From NCBI RefSeq assembly GCF_009914755.1, contig NC_060928.1: a stretch of 64,000 nt of DNA. One strand, written 5' to 3'. Each line of letters opens with the position of its first letter. Positions within the stretch are counted from its first letter, which is position 1. Positions 53,824 through 64,000 of the stretch are shown piece after piece. Source of the stretch: the human T2T-CHM13v2.0 reference genome, Homo sapiens. A program made the translations under genes and the position numbers. A model generated the notes under the pieces. That model was given only the letters and a program-made list of their open reading frames with translations. It was not told the DNA's origin and made no database searches.

Positions 53824-55711
53824 AAAAATTAGTAGCACTACTGTACACCAACAGTGACCAAACGGAGAATCAAATCAAGAGCTCAATCTCTTTTACAATA
53901 GCTGTCAAAACAAACAAACAAAAACAAAACAAAACAAAATCTTAGGAATATACCTAACCAAGGAAGTGAAAGATCTCTACAAGGAAAACTACAAAACACT
54001 GCTGAAAGAAATCATTGATGACACAAACAAATGGAAATATATTTCATGTTTATGGATGGGTATAATCAATATTGTGAAAATGACCATACTGCCAAAAGCA
54101 ATCTACAGATTCAATGCAATTCAAATCAGAGTACTATCATCATTCCTCACAGAACTAGATAAAACAATCCTAAAATTCACATGGAACCAAAAAGGAGCCT
54201 ACATAGCCAAGGCAAGCAAAAAGAACAAATCTGGAGGCATCACATTACCTGACTTCCCACTGTACTACAAGGGTATAGTTACCAAAACAGCATGGTACTG
54301 GTATAAAATAGGCATATATACTAATCGAACAGAATAGAGAATGCAGAAATAAACCCAAATACTTACAGCCAACAGATCTTTGACAAAGCAAACAAAAACA
54401 TAAATTGGGGAAAGGACACCTTATTCATCAAATGGTGCTGGGATAATTGACAAGCCACATGTAGAAGAATGAAACTGGATCCTCATCTCTCACCATATAT
54501 AAAAATCAACTCAATGTGGATAAAAGACTTAAAGCTAAGACTTAAAGCCCTAAAAATTCTAGAAGATACCAATGGAAGAACTCTTCTAGGCATTGGCTTA
54601 GGCAAAGAGTTCATAACCAAGAACCTAAAAGCAAATGAAACAAAAACAAAAATAAGTAGATGGGACCTAATTAAACTAAAAAGCTTCTTCACAGCAACAG
54701 AAATAATCAGCAAACAGACAACCCAAAGAATGGGAGAAAATATTTGCAAACCATGCATTCAACAAAGGAATAATATCCAGAATCTACAAGGAATTCAAAT
54801 CTGCAAGAAAAATAAAATAATCCCATCAAAATGTAGGCAAAGGACATGAATAGAAAATTCTCAAAAGAAGATATACAAATGACCAACAAACATATGAAAA
54901 AATGCTCAACATCACTAATTATCAGGGAAATGGAAATTAATACCACAATGGGATACCACCTTACTCCTGCAAGAAGGCCGTAATTTAAAAATAAAAAAAA
55001 ATAGATGTTGGTGTGGATATGGTAAAAAGGGGACAGTTTTACACTGCTGATGGGAATGTAAACTAGTATGACCACTATGGAAAACATGGAGATTCCTTAA
55101 AGAACTAAAAGTAGAACTAACATTTGATCCAGCAATCTCACTACTGGGTATGTACCCAGAAGAAAAATAAGTCATTATATAAAAGTACACTTGCACACAT
55201 ATGTTTATAGTGGCACAGTTCGCAATAGCAAAAATATGGAACCAGCCAAAATGCCCATCAACCAAGGAGCACATAAAGAAAATTTGGTTTATATACAGCA
55301 TGGAATACTACTCATCCATAAAAAGAAACAAAATAATAGCATTTGCCACAACCTGGATGGAGTCGGAGACCATTATTCGAAGTGAAGTAACTCACGAATG
55401 GAAAACCAAATATCGTGTGTTCTCATGTATAAGTGGGAGATAAGCTATGAGGATGCAAAGGCATAAGAATGACACAATGCACTTTGGGACTCAGAGGGAA
55501 GAGTGGAAAGGGATTGAGGGATGAAAGACTATACACTGGGTACAGTGTAAACTGCTTGGTTGATGGGTACACCAAAATCTCAGAAAGCACCACTAAAGAA
55601 ATTATCCAAGTAAGCAAAAATCACCTGTTCCCAAAAACTATTGAAATAAAACAAAAAAAAATTTTTAAGATTCCATTCATGTGGGTTAATGACAGGACCC
55701 ATAAAAAAGCC

Positions 55712-55822
55712 AGCACATTTCAAGTGCTCCCTAGCCATGTGTGGCTTATAGCTTTCATATTGGTGCAGATTAAGAGCAGTTCCATAATTACAGAAAATTC
55801 CACTGGACAGTGCTGCTCTAGA
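55712..55822. mobile_element. MER3/MER33-like hAT relic
   Basis: cacatttcaagtgctc…agccatgtgtggct…tggacagtgctgctctaga. Confidence 0.65.
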
Positions 55823-57159
55823 TAATGGTAGGTACTATAGAAAACAAGCTGGTAAAAATGTTCAGGGTGCATAAAGTCTGGGCAGGTTGGGGAGATTTGT
55901 GTTTACTTAGCAAGAATGGTGTTGCCATGGTTTCTCTAGGAAGGCAGCATTTGTACTGAATGACAAAGAGTCATATTTGCAACCTAATGACAGATTTTTT
56001 TAGGCTGATAGCTTGTGTTAAAGTTCTAAGGCAAAAAGAACTGGAGAATTGGAAGAATAGAAGGCAGGTAGACACAAGGACAAAAGGAAGATTCTAGAAC
56101 TATAGGGTATTTGCTTGTCACTCTAAAATTGGAAGCCAAGTTTTTCTTCCCCTTTTTCCGGAAGGGATCGCTTTGGTAAATCCTCCTGTCATGAACATGT
56201 AAGTCAGGGGTCTATTCTCTCACTTTGTGGTAGCCTTGCCTTTTGATGAGGAAACCCTAATTCAAATACCGCAAACTAGAATGTGATATTTAATCATGTG
56301 AAAAGGCTGGGAGGGCAGACAGAGATAGTAGTTTTTCTGGTTAGGGTGGATTTTTCTGTGCTTAGAGATTTGTGATTGTTAAGATACTTCTATTTTTTTT
56401 TTCTCCAGAGGTCAGGCATAGCGTTTTAAGGGCCTTGACCTTGGGAAGAAACTGTAAGGCAGAGGACTCTGATTTGAATAATACTGTAGACCAAGTTCTA
56501 AAGACAGACATGACCCAAAGAAAACCTGTGAGATGGAACCTGGCTAAGAAATGTTCAGAGAAATGAAGTCCAACAACCATCTGAAAGTTTTCTGAGTTGT
56601 GATCTATTCCCTTACCCAATTCTAAAGTCTTCAGTGATACACAGTATCAGCTTTATGTTAGCACTGCCTTTCTGAATAAAGTGTAGGATAAGGCAAACTA
56701 AGGAAGGCTAAAGCATTAGGAAGTGAAGTAAGGATGTGACCCAAGGTAATCAGGAAGAAATGTGGGAAGGACAATTTATAAGAAAATTCAAATGCAGATT
56801 CCCCTACAGATACTCAGGAATCCTGGGAGGAGACTAGATTTCCTGAAAGACAGAGGGCTACTCAGAAAGCTGTACAACATGAGGATACTTGAGTTACATA
56901 AAAATCATCACAATAATTACAATAACTAATGGAACACCTACTAGATCCCAGACACCATATTTACATACATTGTCTCACTTAATCTTCACAATAACCCTGT
57001 GGAATAAATACTGAATCTCTAATTTATAGAAAAGGAAATTAGCCACCATAATAATAATAAAAAAAAAAACTCCACATCTCAGAGGCTTTCCAAAATAGAA
57101 CTCAGTTTCCTACTCAGGTAAAACAGCAACAACAAAAAAGGGTGTTCTTCATCAGCGTG

Positions 57160-59804
<2,645 letters not shown>

Positions 59805-60299
59805 CATGGATTTCAAAGCCAGTGAGAAGCCAAGACCCGGGCTCCTTCTACCCTGTGGCTCCATCATTCTCTATAGATTTTGGTGACAATGTGTGTCTCC
59901 CTGGAGGAAGAAGAGGAAGCACAGAGCATGTCCAGGGAGGGCTTTATGGGACATCTAATTAGCTAGAACTCAGTCACATGGCCACACCTGCAGCAAGGGA
60001 AGCTGGGAAAGGAAATTTAGCTGTTTCCTGGGAGATACAGGAAATGAGTTTGGAAATAGGTAGCTAGTCTTTGCCTTGTTTGGAATTGTCCTGGTGGCTG
60101 GTCTAGGAATGTCAGAGGAGGGATTTAAAATGATTTTTTTGTTTGTTTGTTTCTATAGTCCATGAGACACTGTTTATGCACATAGAGTCTAGAATTTGGG
60201 AATTGTTAGATTTATCCTCCTTGATTCATTGATTTATAAGGCTTGGTTTCTAAACTGCACCTGTGGTAGAAGTGGGTTACCAAATGACATCTATGATAA

Positions 60300-63200
60300 T
60301 AAGCGGATAGCAAACACTAGCTTTGGAGTCAAACATATCTGGTTTTCCTCATCACTAAAATTTAGAAAATAGTATGTGTCTCAGAATGTAATTGTTAGAA
60401 ATAAGTAATACATGCAAAGTCCCCCAAAATATGCCTGGTACATAGTACAAGCTCAATGAATAGTAGCTCTCTTAATGTGATTTGTCTAATGAGATAAATA
60501 AGAGTAAAATGAAATGAGGTTTGACCAACAAGAGAAAATCAGAGTATTTAATGCACAGCTGTCTTAAGGTCTTGAAAAAATGGTAAGGAAGCTGATACAT
60601 TAAATTCTGAGCAATGGAATGGCCCCAAAAGTGGATAATGTGATCATAGCTCACATACAGAAAATGAAAACATATCAGGTGTCCAGAGAAACCCAGAATT
60701 TCCTGACACTGAAACTTGAGAGAAATTTTATAAAAGAGACAATGGTTTAGGAAGTGAGTCACATTCTCAACCAAAGTAACCTCAAATGAGTAACAAATTT
60801 TCTAGAACTGTCTCTTGTTGTAATTTCCTTCAGGGACATACAACCAAAATAAAATTTGAAAAAAGTTCAGTTCTATAAGGGTCAACAAAATGAAGGCCAA
60901 ATAACCAGCTCTCTGATTATTTAACTTGACCAAAGAATAACATTCAAAGATCCACAGGAATGAATGAACACATCCTTGGTGCCTGTGTCCCCCAAGAAGG
61001 GAATCAAACACCCCAAGATATGTGCAAAATAATCCAGGAAAAAAGGGGAGACAATATTTACAACTTTCAGCAATATTTATTTTTATTTCATACTTTTGTG
61101 TTTTTACTTGGTTCCCAAATGTATGTATTTTCCTAGTCAACATACATAAAATCAATTTAAAAATAAGTATATCCATAAAAATAAAATATACTACAATATT
61201 TATTTAACTTATATCAGAAAACAGGAATAGCCAAAAGGTGGAAGGAACCCAAGTCCATATACAGATGAATAGAAAAGCGAGATGTATATACAACATACAA
61301 TGGAATACTATCAGCCTCAAAAAGGAAAGAATTTCTCATACCTGCTTTAACATAGATGAACTTTGAAGACACTATGCTACATGAATAATCCAGACCCAAA
61401 AGATCAAGTATTGTATAATTCTACTTATATGAGGTACCCAGAAGAGTCAAATTCATAGAGACAAAAAATAGAGTAGTGGTTACCAGGAGCTGGTAGAAGG
61501 CAGAAATGGGGAGTTATGTAATGGATACATAGACTCACTGGGGAAGATGAAAAAGTTCTGGAGATGGATGGAAGTGATGGTTGTACAACAATCTAAATAT
61601 ATTTAATGCCACTGGATTACACACTTAAAATAGTTAAAATGTTAAATTTTATATTATGTATATTTTACCACAATAAACAAAATTTAACTTTGAGAGACCT
61701 CTGCTTTAGTTTATCATCCATGAATATTGAATTCCTTTTTTGTCACAGTTGAACTTTCAGTGAGAATTGAAGAACAGGATACTAAGGTCATGTGCTCTGA
61801 CCAGAGCCTACGAAGTTTCCATTTTTAAATTTTCTTTTGCCTTTGTGTGATACTATGATACGTGGAAAAGGTACCCATATGAGAATAAAATAGACCCACG
61901 TTTGAATGGTGATGCCATCCCAGTTCTCTTTTCCTCAGGGGGTGGGTGACCTTGATATTGATGTGGGTAATGCCCTAATCTGGGTGCTTGATGCCTAGTA
62001 GCTGCCCAGGTAGGTACTCACCTCACCTTTAGAGCTAACCTTAAGGAATCAGCTGCTTTGTCTCAGTGTCTGAGTCTCCAGTTTATTCATCTGTGGGGCA
62101 GCTCCTTCCCAGAGAAATCTAAGTTCAGCGAAATTTGGTTAATATAATTCATTTAAGGCAATCACATAGTCATTATATCAGAACTGTGCTCCAATCCCTA
62201 ATTTTTATGTTTTTGAGAAGTATATTCACATTAAGCAAAAATTAAACACAATGATAAGGAAATACCCAATTGTCTTCCTCACCCTGGAGTAAAATTCCCT
62301 AACCTACTGAAAAGAATGTAGATTGAACAGCAGCTGTGTGACTGCATTAGGGCTCTAATATGCAGTGGAAGTCACTGAAATACAGTGGCTTAGTGAACTA
62401 CCTCTGATGTCCAGGGCCTGACTGTCAAACCTCAACTCTAGCATATGTCTATCATGTGACCTTAGGCAGGTCAATTTGCCAGTCTTAGTGTCTCAGTTTC
62501 CTCATCTACAGTGTTCACGTCACAGGGTTACTATGAGGGTATAATGGCTTCAACTATATCCAGTGATTAGAATCAGCACTTATTAAACACTCAATAGCTA
62601 TTAGCTATTATTGATGGTTCTGTCCCATTTCCTATGTGCAGCACTTAAGCTGAAGATGAATTTCTTTTTGGTTCAAGATGCTGCTGTCTCCTCAAAAGAG
62701 AGATTCCAAACCCAACCAGAGCAGTGAGAGCATCCTCATCCCATGGTTTGGTTCCTATATCGGAAACACCTCCCTTCGCTGGTTTCCTACTGGATCATAA
62801 GCCAAAACTACCTTCTTATTTTTCAGAATTCTTGACCAACTAAGTTGCCCCCTGACCACACAGACATCTGCTTTTCCTAGTTCACTCAGTGCTTCTAACC
62901 CTGGTCCCTACCACATGTGCTGTTAAGAATGACATGATGTAGGGGGCTCTTTCCATACCCAGCTCTCTGGACCACAATCTCCAAGCCACAGAACCAGGCT
63001 CTCTTCCTTTCCAAAGCTCACCCCAAACTTTCCACTTTGCTTTGTATGATGATTGTGGCTCAGCTCTGCACATGTGGACTCTGGATATGTTTCCAGCTTC
63101 TTGACTTTTCTTGGAACTGAATTGAAAGTTTATTTTACTTTGCTCTTTCATAATTTTTATTTTTCTGAGTTTGACAGTATATAGAGTCACTTATTTTTTA

Positions 63201-63760
63201 AAGCTTCTAAATTCTTGTTGTTGTTGTTGTTTTCCTATTGGAACCAGCATTAGGAGATACTTTCATATGAAATAAGAATTCAACTTAATGGTTCACTAAC
63301 TGCTTTGGTGCTGGCTTCACGAAGCTTCTCAGGTTGGGAATCCACTGGTCATTCACATCCAGCCAAGGGCCACACCACAGTAGCTCAGTGAGATCTCTCT
63401 ACCCTGCAGAAATGTTCAAATGTTGGAAGAGCCTTTTAAGAGTATCACATTTTCTTCAAAGTAGTAATAGCACCTCCTACATTTAAGCCTTCATAGTCTG
63501 TATTCTCAAACTCTGGGATTCTAAGAAGATAATTAATAAAGATTAAGAAGTTGTATGAAAGGAACTAGAAATTCAAATCCCAGTTACTAGCTGAGAAACA
63601 CTAAGTCTTTCTCCTTCTTCTTTATCCATCATATATATAAAGTGGGGATAGGGATGTCTGTGTCACAGGACCATAGGAAAGATTAATGATAATATGAGCA
63701 AGGTGCCCACAGCCATGAGTGGTCCATAAAAGGTGCTTAATCAAGAATTATAATTATTAA
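60300..63760. mobile_element. Scattered MIR relics (~60300-60470, 62380-62610, 63540-63760)
   Basis: Core motifs tgtgaccttaggcag…tctcagtttcctcatct and ctttggagtcaaac. Confidence 0.5.
61216..61685 (+). mobile_element. L1M (L1MB-like) 3' fragment
   Basis: caatggaatacta…gtcaaattcatagagaca…gatgaaaaagttctggagatggat…tattttaccacaat. Confidence 0.8.
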
Positions 63761-64000
63761 TATTTTCCATCTTTCAGGTAGGTGTAACTTATTTTCCTGT
63801 GGTGAGTCTGCACTTCCTTTGCTTTTGACTGGCAATTTATGAGCTGAGTATCCTGACACTGGTTAGCTCATGCTGACCGAGAGCTCTGATCAACAGTTAT
63901 AGATGTCTGTACTTGAAATCAAGAAAATAAATTATTTCAGGGGGTATGGTGGACCAAATATTTCACAAGATGAAGCCCACAGGTGAAAGATTACACAAGT

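Larger units (their letters stand above)
48610..55661 (+). mobile_element. Near-full-length decayed L1PB LINE
   Basis: 5'UTR; ORF1 start (MRRNQKSNS, ~49688); ORF2 endonuclease start (PHISILTLNVNGLNAPLKR, ~51250); RT motif [12 protein letters not shown]; 3' end and A tail. Many stops. Confidence 0.92.

Overview
Human/great-ape genomic DNA. Bases 1-18.2 kb are the 3' end of SLIT2 on the + strand. The last four coding exons (7690-7844, 14588-14876, 15117-15328, 16446-16687) splice in frame through canonical AG/GT sites and encode the end of the laminin-G domain, the C-terminal EGF repeats and the cystine knot (…KCGCTRCVS*). A ~1.55-kb 3'UTR with several poly(A) signals follows. The rest is intergenic, repeat-dense DNA. 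Its main structure is a 6.2-kb HERV-H/LTR7 provirus with a perfect tRNA-His primer-binding site (PBS), nested in the same orientation inside an older MER4 provirus and pointing towards the SLIT2 3' end. Also present: a PBS-Ile ERV1 relic with two zinc knuckles, a near-full-length L1PB carrying nested MaLR elements and a tailless U3 snoRNA retrocopy, and a MER41 LTR split by an L1PA3. I see no new multi-gene system. The best leads are a candidate 6-nt in-frame SLIT2 microexon, paired miR-218 seed sites in the miRNA's own host 3'UTR (removable by alternative polyadenylation), the convergent LTR7up-like HERV-H with asymmetric LTR divergence, and several templated or filler-DNA insertion scars. 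Repeat subfamily names come from recall of consensus sequences and need RepeatMasker/Dfam confirmation.
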